From Raillietiella orientalis (taxonomy: Eukaryota), in the NCBI GenBank assembly GCA_036172245.1, contig JAYWIR010000009.1, positions 2,480,001-2,544,000 on the forward strand: a stretch of 64,000 bases of DNA. The letters are read 5' to 3'. The notes beneath the pieces are model-generated. The model saw only the letters and a program-made list of their open reading frames with translations, was not told where the DNA came from and did not search any database. The position numbers and the translations under genes are program-made. Positions 36,101-48,699 of the stretch are shown here, piece by piece (positions within the stretch are counted from its first letter, which is position 1; the number at the start of each line of letters is the position of its first letter).

Positions 36101-38600
36101 TCTTTCCCATAAGGGAGAGTGGCACCACGCTCTCGCGTGCGTGGGCGTCACGAAAGGCTGTGGCCGTTGGGAGGGACTGTGGTGTTTCCCGCCGAATTTG
36201 AGCGGATGTGGCGATAGAGAATTTTCGAACGCTTTGCACACGAGCGGCTGGAGCGATCAGGACAGCAGCATGGTCGACGGTGCATCGCAAATTCCGGCGG
36301 CCTTCGCAAGACTTGTTTGTCGAAGGAATGCTGAAGTCTTCGCACCTACCAGTTGCCTGCTGGTTGGCTACCTTCACACACTCCGGAGCGACGGTGACGG
36401 CGAGGGTGGAAGACGGGCTTCGCTTCCATACCAGGGACTTCTTCTTCGTCGCTTTCACCACGAGCAAATGGATTGAGCACTGATAGGAAAAAGCGCTGAA
36501 AAGAGGTGGGAAGTAGAGTGGAAGCACTAAGAGTAGTCATCTTTGTATCAGGATGGAACTGGTTAAAAATTGATGCATGTTACCAGAATGAGTTACATAA
36601 GGTTGATGCTTTGCCTAACAAAATATGGTCGTTTTATCGGTAGTGGTGGTGTGCAAGATGATGAAGAAAGATGTGAGCTTAGAGGAGGCTGCTGAAGCGT
36701 TTTAATGGCAAGTTGGTATTGATTTCTAAAGCAATAATCCTATCTCTTGTATGAAATTGGATTCATAATGGATTATGTGAAGCAAGGTTTTGATTAGTAA
36801 GAGTTGGAAAAGAAGAGAGGTGAGGCTATGATGAGGAATTTCGCAAAAATTCACTTGAATTGCTTCTTAAAGACGTTTTCTTTTGAGTCACACAACGTAA
36901 GGTCATCTCGATGTGTTAATAAGCTGCTGAGGTATTTCGACTGTCCTGAGGCAGCATAACAATTATCAACTTAGCTATGTAGAGTGGGTGGAAGAGTGTA
37001 CAGAGTAAAGCTGAGATGAAGTCACTCCAGCTGGCGGATGTTTCAGTAGGCTACTTTGCACAGCGATTGCGACATCTTGACTTCTTCCTCGGTCCTTCCT
37101 GGCTCAGCATCTGGGAGCGGAAAGTGGTCACTAGCGCCAAGTGACCTACATTTCTCTATGCTTATTTATTTCTTTGCCCTTTCTTGCCATCCTTCTCTCT
37201 TTCCCAGGGACTGGAAGCCTCGGGATTCGCATCAGAAGTAGCCAAGTAGTCGGTAGCATTATTACTTCAAATAGCCGTTCCTACGCAAGGAAGCAGCGGC
37301 ATCAGATAAGATAATCGCCGCCGAAACTGCACCTGAAGTTTTCTAGAATCGCAGACTCAATAGTTTGAGGGTTGGTTGGTCCATGCGCTTTACCAAGGCA
37401 GCATTCGACTGAGCGCCTTATATGGAGACGAGAGCTCTGGTTGACGGAGACACATCGTTGGAACTTTGGGCAATGAGCGAAAGTTGGAATTCAGTCCCTT
37501 TGAGGAGCTCCTCAGCTCGAGCAGCACTCTGAAACAAGCAATCCTGAGACTTCTTCACCAGTGATTTTTCAATGTTGAGCAGCTGCACACAACGTACACG
37601 CTTGTTTTTGGTGCATTCGTAAAATAAGTACCGTTCCCGCGTTTGTTCTTTTCCTTCTTTCTGGAAGCTCGCAGGTCGGCTTGATCTTTGTGTGAATGTC
37701 TCAGTCGGAGATGCCACGAGCACCATCCGGAGTGTCGGAACTCCGCGATTCAGCCAAACCTGAATGCATACGAATCTTCTGGATTTTCGTGCTCACAGGT
37801 TTGCTCGTGACTCTTAAAGGGGAATCGAGTTTGAGCTCCTCAGGCATTCCCACTACAGTCTGATTGTCAAGGGGTTCCATATGTGTTTAGGTGCACCATC
37901 CCTGCCCAACTGTTTGCTGGTTCTTCCACATGAGCACGTGCTTCCTCGGAAACGCGATGAAGAAAGCCTCGCTCGGAACTTTCGCAGGTTGGAAAAGATG
38001 ACGAGTCGAGATGAACCCTTCCAGATGATTCCATCAGGCAGTAGACATTTTTCAGCACTCCGCTCCACTCTGAAATATTTTTCAAGGGTTTTTTCTGCGG
38101 CTAAATTCTGGCAATCTTCCTCGGAGCTAATCATTGACATCAGCTTCCAATTCAGAAAAGCCACTGCCCTAAACTGGGAAAGTCGATTTAAGACGGAACT
38201 GAGTAAAAAAATGTCTGGAATGAGCTCTACACGATTCCTTCCTGATGGTTGTGTCACCAGTGGCAGTCCTGTGCAGACAGCGATATCCTGGGGGAAAGAG
38301 CACATCCCACCCGCCACTGCCGATCCCGAATGCATTTTGGCCGTGACTTATGAACACAGACTCGCGTTCAGAGTTTCCCGGTGCCATTTGGTTGCCCACA
38401 GCAACATCGCGTTTTTGACTTCCTTGATTAGCCTCGTCTCCTCGGCCACATCCATGCATTTGTAAGCTGGGATGCGCACCACGTTTTCACGTGTGTGTGC
38501 GCGCCCCGAATCGGGTCCATCCTCCATGCCAACCTTGGATCTTAAGTTGAATGCCTTGTTAACGGAATGAGTAGACCATCCTTCGTCCACCGCTCATTCG
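33200..38600 (-). mobile_element. Near full-length decayed Tx1/L1-clade element (ORF1 + APE-RT ORF2)
   Basis: ORF1-like RENVVRI...VELIPDI...LSQFRAV...LPDGIIWKG. Endonuclease end FSYQCSIHL...VWKRSPS (~FSDH...WKLN.S). RT motifs SDRKLS (~DYKIL), FPGR, IATLSFDQRR (~LSLDQEKAFD), PFSKITRG...SYSP (~RGVRQGCPLSP), GRLQINLRNS (~GLKIN..KS). Confidence 0.65.
34757..35175. mobile_element. AT-rich foldback/MITE with ~140 bp imperfect terminal inverted repeats, inserted in the Tx1-like RT
   Basis: aacgccggggtcacgaacgatcagaatcccggaggatca...tattttaatacgcata...ttaacagta mirrors tactgttaa...tatgcgtattaaaata...tggtccttcgggattttgatcgttcgtgacctcggcgtt. Confidence 0.85.
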
Positions 38601-38999
38601 GTCACGACCGGCAGAGGAAGTATCCAGGCTGGAGGCTTGGCTCTGCAGCCACAGTGACACGGCAGGGTATTTCTTCAAGCTCTAAAGATGCATCGGCTTG
38701 CGTCCACAGTATTACTTCTTTTCAAAATGCGGTGATGGCAGTACACAACTCGGTTAGCTGTGCATTTCCACCGTAGGACGCCCGCGACTCCGATTCTGTG
38801 AACGAAATTACTATGATTATGCTGGCTGAGACTTCTCTGTCATCCATCATGCAGCAAAAATGAAACTCTGTTAACGTGGATTAAGGAGGGTAGGGTTAAG
38901 CGGAGATTAAGCTCTCCTGGCTTTCAGAGGACTTTTTCCTCTTCCCTCTCTTCTCTACAGGAACTTTTATGGCGACGCTTCTGCATGGAAATTTTCAAA

Positions 39000-39760
39000 G
39001 TTCTCGATTAAATTATATTGAACTCTGCGAGGTTCACTTAAGAAAGGTTGGACTCCGCATCGGAGACGAGTCATCCCATTCTCGTTCTTTGCTGGGTCCT
39101 CTTCAACCGAGCTTTCGTGCAGTTCGACTGTTTTCCTTGAACTCCATGCTCAAACGGATGTGAAGCAAACACCACATACTACGGAGTTAGGGGTTTAGCT
39201 CATCTGTTTCCCCGAGTTAATCCACCACGAATTATCGAGAGCAGATTAACAGCAATCTCGGTCTTCAACTATTCTCGAGTTCTACGTATATCCCCCCCCC
39301 ACCCCCAACGGTAGAGAACTGCTGAAACTGTCCCGAAAACCCGCTTACATGCAGATGTAAAAAGAGCGATTAGACGTGATGACTGCTTGATGTTGCCTGC
39401 ATCACAAAGTAAAGTGCAGGGCATTTCTGATGCCTCAAACGGCATCGCGGCCTGATTGACTAGCATCACATGAGATAATCATCACACGAGCTTTCATTCC
39501 CTTAATGGCATCCTTCCATCATTGGGCTCACTACAAGTTCCGAGACCACAATTTTTAAATACGACGACTGCATGGAAAGTACGTATCCATGGAAACGTGA
39601 TGGTGAACGAGAAATCTGGCGAGAACACGAAACTTGCTTGATGTTTTTTTCTTCTTCACGGGTTCAGTTGAACGAGTTTGATTTTCTACTTCGATACGGT
39701 CCTATGCAAGAACTTTGCTTCTTAAGCTGGATGCCAGCCAACGATCGACAGCCTCCACCC
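39000..39760 (-). mobile_element. Utopia/R2-like RT fragment
   Basis: QAAMPFEASEMPCTLL...KRVFGTVS (~QKGFMP.DGC.EH.FLL...NAFGSVPH). Upstream *DRI (~PGPDRI). Confidence 0.5.
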
Positions 39761-40227
39761 TGCAGTGATCAACGAGAAGGATGAAAGGAAGTCCGGAAGA
39801 TGCCAGGGACTTGATGCTTGATGCTGGATCCGCAGTCAGATTTCTAGCTTTCCACGAACGGAATTCAGGCATTCCGACGAATATTAGAATTCGAATGCAA
39901 GTGGCTCTAGGTGGTGGTATAAGCCTCGGGAAAGTGTGGTGATGGTGGGGATGGATGGAACCGACCAGGAACGGATCCGCTGCCGTGCAATGCTGGACTG
40001 ACGAAAAGGCTATTCGGAATTTGGGGGAAGGGAGAAGAAAAGTGTCTTCTGAGGGCTTCCAGTAAACTTCAGCGACCCCGGAAGAAGGGAATTCTTGTCA
40101 GCGAAAAATAGTACGATAGTACGTACGCGATACACGATGATGTGTTATAATGTAATGATGTAACGTTATATAAACATGTGTCATATAGCAGCAAGACGTT
40201 GTTTAATGATAATGTGGCCATCCGAAT

Positions 40228-41133
40228 TACGAGGTGCATCTCAAAGGTTACGGGCCGATCGGATGTAAAGAAAGGAAGAATAAGAGAAACCGAAATGTGT
40301 GGGTGGTTCTAAACACGTGCATCCTCATGTCACTTCTTTCTACGTAGTCACCATTTTTTTCCAAACACTTTTGATGCTTCTTTAAACCCTCTGCATGAAA
40401 TTCCTCCTCCTGGGAGTTCGGTCAGTTTAGCAGCACTGCAGTTTACCACTCCTCACCTTCCCCCTCGAATCGTTGAGACACTTCTTGAGGTGCAGGAAGG
40501 AAGATCGTGGTAGTCACTGGGAGCGAGGTCAGGACCGGGTGATCAAAAAGTTCCCATTTGAATTTCGCCTGCAGGTGTCAACCTCTGGTTTCCGTGAGCG
40601 TCTGCGGCAGCATTTTGGGGACCCATCGTGCACGCGCTTCACGGTAGCCTAGTGTGTCTGTCACAGCTCGTCCTGGAAACTTCTGGAAATTCTATGGAAA
40701 CATCACGGATTGTAAAGCGACGATTTTCTCTCACTTTCGCATTCTCACGATTAACAAGGTGGTCAGTTCTGAACGCTCGGCCTGCCACTCCCCTCTTCGT
40801 CGTGAACATTGGAACGGCCTTCCCTAAACTCGAGACACCCCTGCCTTACTTTTCCTTCACTCATTACTGGAGACCCATGAATTCCCCACAGCCCACGGTG
40901 AATTTTAGCAGCTTTACGTCCTTCTGCGTTAGGAAATCGAGTCACTGACGAGACTTCACAATTGGCGGGACTGTTCAAGAAGTGGGTTTCGAAAAATTGG
41001 TTCCATGGTATCAAACCACGTTTGGAAGAAAAAAAAACGGTGACTGTGTAGAAAGAAGTGACATGGAGATGTGTGTGTTTAGAACGACTCATACATTTTC
41101 CTTCCTATTCGTGCTTTCGAGATGCGCCTCGTA
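40228..41133 (-). mobile_element. Internally deleted mariner element (same family as 20843-21518)
   Basis: TA-bounded termini tacgaggtgcatctcaaag ... ctttcgagatgcgcctcgta. Transposase N-terminus VTRFPNAEGRKAAKIHRGLWGIHGSPVMSEGKVRQGCLEFREGRSNVHDEEGSGRPSV and C-terminus WELFDHP.PDLAPSDYH. Confidence 0.93.
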
Positions 41134-42029
41134 CATCTACTTCCGGTTAAGGTTATGAAGAGAGACACTGCTGCTTGTTTGAACACGGCGTGAAAATACC
41201 AACCGAACGGAAGGCCGCACTGCTCAGTGAACAGTTGGCAGAAGGCCTAATAGCTGACCACCCCCGATGTGAAAAGCAGCCAAACTTCGCGGGAATTTTA
41301 AAATTCGGCGAATTCCGACACTGCGTGACCGAAGGTGACGCTAAAGAACTTCCGTTTCCTTCGAGAAGTGCTGCGCGGCGTTCGGTTGCGACCTGAGCCT
41401 GAAAACCACGGTCCACACAGAGTTTCGGAGATGACGGAAAAGGATCGGCGAACGAGGAGCTTTTCCTGGTGGATGAGGAGCAGTCCGCTTGAAGTTCACC
41501 GGAAGCCGGAAGGATTTCGGGAAGGCACGGCGGACTGCAATTCTCCACATGCACAGCGCAATGCACTCGATTTCTCTTGGAGAATCTCCAGGCCGAAAAT
41601 GTCCACTTTTTTTTTCTTCCATTTTTCCACTGACTTCCAAGACCAGGATGATGTATAGAAAAGTCTGCCGACCGAAAGCTTGATGTCGCAATCACGATTA
41701 GGAGAACTTTATGGTATGGGAACTTACATACCGACCATGGAACAGAATTCATGGGGAGAAAATCCATCGCTGATGATGATGATTCGAGAATGGCTCAAAA
41801 TTTGCATCCGGAACGACAAATAATCCTTCTGGTACCCGGCGTGATGCCACCTCCAAATTGGATACTTCAGAAGAGGAAGATCCATAAATAAGCAAGTCTA
41901 CTCTCAGCGAGTGCACATCCAGCCTGAGTCTGAGTGACGTCACCCGGAGTTTGTGAGAAGACTGGGCGATTCACACATACTGAGAGTTCCGTGGGCTGAT
42001 TATTTTCAGGTCTCTCCGACTGCAAAGTG

Positions 42030-43030
42030 CATTTGGTGGCATCCCTGAACTTGATATTCATCAGCTTTTTGATTTCCTTGCTAAGATGAAGCTGTTTTGA
42101 TGCAGTGTCAGTCATCTCGGTCGACGAAGCTGCAAGCGGCTTGATCGAGATCTCTCGAGTAAAGGGAAGGCATTCTATTCTATTCATCATTCACAGACTG
42201 CGGCCCACCTACAGTGGAACTTCCTGCTCCATCCCCTCGCTCCCGATCAGCACGGAGCCGGACCGAACCGCTGCAGGTCACCTTGTGGAAATCTAGGGGT
42301 TGCTCTCACCAAGCTGACTGCCATCCTCGGCTAGAATGCACCGAGGGTGCCGCTCTTCCTTGTTGGAAAGGGTTCCTGAAATCCCCGGAAGTCACTCAGC
42401 GAATTCACCCACCTACCTGCCTTGGTGTCGCCAGAAACAGGGAATTCCCTCCTTTTAACCTTTTTTTTCCAAAAAACAAACAAACAAACACCTTGTGCTC
42501 AATTCTGCACCTTAAAATGGTGTCCTCCTTCGAAAGTTTGGGGCAGCAGTTCAAGTTTGGTAGCCCTCATTAGTGAGTATTCCTTTGGGGGCACGTGGAG
42601 TCAACAGCGAAGTCTGTCGACTCAGCAGCCTGTTGCACCCTTTTCAGAAGACTCTATACGCTGCTCGGAAACTCTACTCTCCGTAGCATGGCCTATTTTT
42701 CGGATTCAAACTTATTCGTGCCCGAAAGCAACGGACTCGATTTTCTACACCTCGAAGTCAGTCAGATGTGCTCTGCGAGTCAGCGTGTGAACTCTTGGAA
42801 CTACACACATGACACAACGGCTGGCGTCGCACATTCTAAACGCTCGTGTTCTGGAAGCTCATTTTTCACCGGCCGCATCGCCGAATTGAAGGAGAACCCA
42901 TTTTCGGCTCTGCAGGGTAGCTGGAAGACATGCCAGCGCATACACCGGGTGATTTTGACCAACGCGCCCGAGCCGTTTCCCAGTCAGCGGAACTCCTTAT
43001 GGGTCAATCAATCTCGTATTATTGCTTTCT
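42030..43030 (+). mobile_element. Decayed CR1/L2-like RT and 3' region
   Basis: GGIPELDIHQLF (~SGVPQGSILGPLLF), DRDL (~QRDL), VW*P (~VWSP), SFFTGRI (~FFTNRV). Confidence 0.35.
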
Positions 43031-44899
43031 ATTACTTCTCTGTCTTCCTTAGGGCATTGCATTGTGTGCACATCCGAATGCTAGTGGTGTACGCCATCGC
43101 GCAAGAGTACGTTTCGTACTACTCCGTGCCATACGTTCACTACGGCCGGCTCGAATGTGCTCCACTGAGTGGACACAAGAGGATTCCACGCATTGGGTAT
43201 TTGCATTGCCTCAATTTCAACTTTTTCCGAACAAATAGATTCCATAAGCGAATGTGTTCCTTTAGAAACTGCGATGGAATTGAAGTCGAACCACGGCAGG
43301 ATTTTATTTTATTATTTTTTTTTGTTTTGAAGCACTCGTTTTTGCACCGCACTTTGACGTTCGTTTAATCGAGAATGATGCATGCCATTGAAAAAATGCG
43401 GACTTCCGTACTTTCTTGTACGACAGCGGGGTAGCGGGAATGCGTAAGACATGGGTGCAGGAATGATACATCACACGGGGAGATCAGAAATGCGCAGTTT
43501 GTGGTTCGTTCATGGTGCACGCTTGCGTGTGCTTGCCACGTGCTGCCAAGCAAGTGGGCTTGGCCATTCGAAGATCAGTTGCCATGCACGACTGCATGGA
43601 AACAGACTCTTCCGAATCCCTCCAGTATCTTTTAAGGCGAATTCAGATCATCGAAAGATATACAGGAAAACGATCAGTTCAAGAGTTAGGAACTTTCTGG
43701 CTCCAAGAAAGGACGAGAATTTGAACAAATTTCCTTCCTCCGCGGATGTCCACTTATGCCCAACAGACAGCAGAGCTCAGTCGCTTCGCCAGGCTCTAAA
43801 AACCACATCTTCATTATATATCTTTGTGTCCACTTGCTTCCTACATCGCTCCGGTCGTGCCTTCGTAACATGCAGAAAAGAGTGATTTCTTTCTTAGTCT
43901 TCGATGCTGATATCCCTGCCTGTCCGACGACCCTTCGAGGTGTACGCGGGAAGGACTTCTTCCCGTGTGGGTCCTGAGATCATTTCGGCACACTGACCTG
44001 CCCAGTTTGCCTAGGAACGCCAGAAGAACGTGTCAAGTTTCTTGTGGAGCAACGCAAATGTCCTGCGCTGATTCGAGCAGCAGCAAGACGAACATCCAAA
44101 TCTAAAATAGAGTTAGGTCCTAATTGGAGGAATCTTCAGGTGCCATCCAGGATGGCACATTCCTGTTCCGTAGAGTACGCCCGTGAGCCTTTCATTGTCA
44201 GGGAATCTCTATTTGGCTCAAGTGAGAACCAACGTCCACCTGCGCCGCTTTCAAGAACGAAGAAGAAAAAATCCGGAAGAGACGGCGACGGACGCGGTGT
44301 GAATTCCCCGGCACCGAGGTTTCCAGCTTTTCTCAACTCCCCTTCCTTTTAGCTCCTGGAGACATATATTCCAAGTGAACAAGCTCGAATTCAGCATCAA
44401 AATCTCCGTCTCCAGGCTGGCTCACGTCTCGTCTCCAATTCCTGTTTCCTCGGAAGCTCCTTTCTCTGTTGGTTGCCACGATGTTTCGCGACTGAGTGGC
44501 GATTCCCGATGGCGGAACGGAATGTCCTCGGAAGAATTCAGATGTGTTTCAAACTTGCTGAACCCTTCCAAATGGATCGCTAGCATCCTCAAGTGCGCTA
44601 CCAATTCATCCATGGATTCTTCTTGTTGGTATTCCTCAATCGGGACTCTGCTTCATAGGGCGCCTTTCCCATCTAAAGTACAATGGAACATTTGTCTGTA
44701 CGCAGAATGTAAGGTTGCTTAGAAATTGGACCAGCTCTGGAGAATTCCACGAGCTCACCTGAATTCATCCATGTCGATGTCTTTACTGCTTATTGAGGCA
44801 TTTGGAATTTTCGCTGACGACCGCTTTCAAGAGTGTTTACAGGTAAGTTCTCGTGATTTCTTCGAAGTCGCAGCAGCATCCTTTTTCTCTCTTCCCTCC

Positions 44900-47200
44900 G
44901 AAGCACTGGAGAGGACCTAAAACCAGATTGGGATGCTTCAGCGAATCCTGATGTGGTTCTTGAACCCATGCGAAAATTTGTCAGCCGGTCACGTCGGGTC
45001 GCTCAGTGATCAACGCCCTCACCAACGGGAAAGAAAAGGATGGTCCACCGACAGGAAGGTCGGCCGTCCCAGAAGTCCGGAACGGATGGGAGAGGACAGT
45101 AAACAAATGAAGGGAGCGTAGGGACGGAGGTCTCCGGTATCGTTTGCTCCTTTTTGCTCAGTACCGACGCAGCATGCCAGCGATCTCCGACTTGGCTTCT
45201 CCTTGCAGGAGAAGCCGCACCTAGGAACTGCCGTGCGGGTGACCTCCCTTCGCGCTCCCGAGACCCCAGCACATGGCAGACTGTGACGACGGCGCGGAGG
45301 AAACATCTCGATGCAGTCGGGGTGCCCGCTGTGAAGCCGCCGCGCGCGGAGCGCCGCAGCAGGTCCTTGGAGACATCCTCTGGAAGCAACAGCTCCGAAG
45401 ACAGACTCCTCTTCCACAGTTCGTGGAGGGCACGGCAGCCTATCAACAGATACGGGAACTATTCGGTCGCCCCGCACCTGGAACAGCTTTCAGCTCTCCC
45501 TGAAAAACGAGATGCCAGACGCTGATTGCACCGGAAGCCCCGGTTCTTATCCGGTTACGCCGGGACGTTCAATTGAAAAAGCAAAACAAACTACAGGTGG
45601 GGAAGAAGAGTCCTCCTCAAATACGAGAAATGCCAAAAAAAAAAAAGAAGCCCTTCAGGTTGACCACCGGCTTGCAGACCAGCTTCCAAAAAGTAGGTAA
45701 CGGAGAGAGAGAACAATAAATTAATAAAAAAAGAGGAGCAAGTGGGAACCGAGGTTTTTGGTTAAAGACGTTCCTTTTCTTCTAGAAGCGACTCTGGACG
45801 GTGGCGATCTCCCTGACAACTTCTGGCAGATGAAACCACCTTGCTGCCGCCCTTATGAGTGAGGGCTGCTGTCATGCTAATGGTCTCCCTTCGCAGTGAG
45901 CCTGACAACAACGCGTGGCGAACTGTATCATGACGCGGATGCAGCATCTTGTTGCGATCGTAGCGCTCTTCTTCAGTCCGCCTCCGGCGAAGAAGCGTCG
46001 CAACAAGTCTAGAACGGTGTCTTGAGGTTATCGGAGCGCCCAAGCGAGTCTCCAGCACAAGTTCTTCAGAATACTGCAGTCCAATAGGAGGTGCAGGAAG
46101 GAGGCGGCACATCTGCCATCACTTCTTTATGGCAGATGTCAAAGGAAAGGTCCTTTTCGCTTTTTGTTGCGCTGATAGCACTGGTGACCCCAGTGCAGAA
46201 ACAGAAGAACATCCTGTTCCCACTGGAGGAGGAACACGGAGGTGTCCACACCACAGGGGAAGGGCCGCGAGTTCTTCGGAGGGCACACCAAGCAGTTCAC
46301 TCGCGGGCGAATCAGATGACGCGTAGGAACGCCACCTGCTTCGCCCTGCGTTTCATGGCAGATGATGGCAGCAAGATGGCCCCACCTGGGGCGCACTCGA
46401 ATGCAACTTGCCAGCATCCTGGAAAGGATGCAGAAGACGCCCTCCAGCGGACAGTGATTCTTTCCCTAACCCCCCCAATCTTTTGTATTTTTTGTTTTAT
46501 TTTCTTTTTTGTCTGTCCTCCCCCCCTCTCTCCCTCCGCTGCCGAGGCGAACATTTCCGTCTTGCATGCCGGTCACTCGGCAGGTTGCGAGCATTTTCGG
46601 ACAATGTAGGGCCGCCTGTCCTACATATATATATGTTTATTTTTTATAACTAACGTCCCGTTGTGACCGGGTGATCAACCGAGCAGGTCGTTCTGCCAAA
46701 CGATTCCCTTCGGCCGAGAACAAGGAGTGGCGCCATCTACCAACCCCCCGGCTCGTCTTGAGGCCGTCGACTCTTGGAATGTTGCAGGAAACACCCACCC
46801 TGCCGGTTGGCTACTGTCAGTTCTCTCTCTGAGGTCAGACAGTGCTGCGGCAAGGGGTGTGGTGGCTATCCGGGACCACTGCGTTCACTCCTGCATAAGA
46901 ATCCCCCCGTCTCGAATAGGAGCTTCCGCCGCGGAGGCAGCTCCTCTGGGAGCACTTCCAAAGTGGCAACCCAGGACTCCAGCGCCTCATGCCTCCAAGC
47001 GTTCCGGTTCATAGGCAGCACATCCTGTTTCCGCCCCTCGGAGTGTCCAAAAGAAAAGGAGGGACCGCGAGTTCTTCGGGAGGCACGCTTGAAAGTTCGC
47101 GCCGCCGAGGTGGGGTCCACCAGCTCCACCGAGTGCTAAAACCGAGCAGCTCGCGTTCTTGAACTTGCCGATCGAGTTCAGGCCATCCTGCCGCATTTCC
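44900..47200 (-). mobile_element. Decayed HERO-like element (N-terminus to RT)
   Basis: TLLRRRRTEEERYDR...ALLSGSL, ERPGVTG*EPG (~QKGGVPG.PGC), GFTAGTPTASRCFL (~GIITGCTIS.ILF), EQTIPETS (~ETIPTV). Confidence 0.5.
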
Positions 47201-48699
47201 GCTGATCGAAGTTCGACGCGTGAAGTCAGCTGGCATGGGGAACGTTCGGCCCCAAGGCTCACGAAGGTGATCCGATGAGCTGAGTGGCTTGACCGCCGTT
47301 CAAGTAGGGCTGTTCTTTCGCTGCGGTGTTGGTCGTCCGCTCGCGTCAGAGTGTCGGGCTGATTGGTCGTAGCACCTCGGCGTCTTTGGTTTCCGAGTCT
47401 CGTCTGATTTGAGGAAGCTGGGATTGCATCGTGATCGAACGATGCTCAGAAAGTGCACCGGAAAGAGTATCTTTGGGAAGGGAACCCTCGTCGTACTTTT
47501 GGAGTTGACCATTTTTGACGGAAAACATCTGCAGCGAAGTGCCCTTTAACTCTTTCCACTACAGCATATATTTCTCAATACGTACAAAGTTTGGACGTAT
47601 TGCGAAATACGTTCAAACTGGGTGCAGTCGCAGAGACGCATGTGCATGACAAATAGCAGAAGTAGGAAGCGATTCACAGTTCGTTTCCATGACACCAGGC
47701 GGTTTGCTTGCATGATTTTTGCTGTGTGGGAAGAATAGGGGCGCGGCCAAAAATATGGATGAGGAACACAAAAGCTCTTGGAATGCACGAGAAGAATAAA
47801 TGGAGCTTCAATGCAGCCCTAATTAATTGATAAGTTCGATAAATAGATCACGGTTGGATCGGGTAAAAATCATGCAGGACAAAATCCATTTCGACCATTT
47901 CACTTCTTGATGGCAGAAGGAGCTTGAAATTCGTTGCAGGGCAACTTCTTGAAAGCCTTAGCATGGACAGAAACGTCCCCACGGCCACCATGCCGAATCA
48001 CTCTGCTTTCTTGTCCCCAGTAGAAGATACTCCCGATACCTTCAGACGGATGATTTTCTGCTTGCTTGGCTCCCTCGAAGCACAGCTCAGTGCCTGGTTC
48101 CGGATCTTCAGACGTTTGTGTCATCGGATGGCGGAAACTCCGGCGGGCGACAGCAACCCCTTGCAGCAGACAAGCAATTTGAATCGGAAGCCAAATCATC
48201 ACAACCGTGAAGTCTTTCGCCATTTCAATCTTCATTTCTCACGGGAATCGTTTCAGGATGCTCCGTTGACCGCTTATCCTTTCTGACCAAAGTGGGATGT
48301 TTAAATTACGTCAACCCTTTCTCCATGCCCTGCTCCTTGCACCGGCAAGGCCGCCTTATTGGAATGAGCCGCCTGTAGAGCTCAGCAGTCTCCTCTGTGA
48401 ACGCATCCTGGATCATCAAGGAAGATTTCCTAAGAGCCTAGCCAGTTAATAATCCGGTAAGGTAATTCAGTTACGGCATTTTCTACTGTATTTGCATAAA
48501 TAACGGTAATACGACTCATCCCTATTATACACTGAAGCATACAGTACATCCCACATGATCAGATACACTATCAGACCTAAACATACTATCATGGGGTGAG
48601 TTTATATGTGCATTGGGTAATAATAGATGTGATGATTACTATTCCAAACTACCTTGGGATCAATTAATGGATGCAGAAGCAGCCATCGCAGCTTCTTTG

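Noticed and set aside
38530..38550. cttaagatccaagg (minus strand) as a U2 fragment at the Tx1-like 5' end
   Set aside because: Short, mismatched, and inside the ORF1 remnant.
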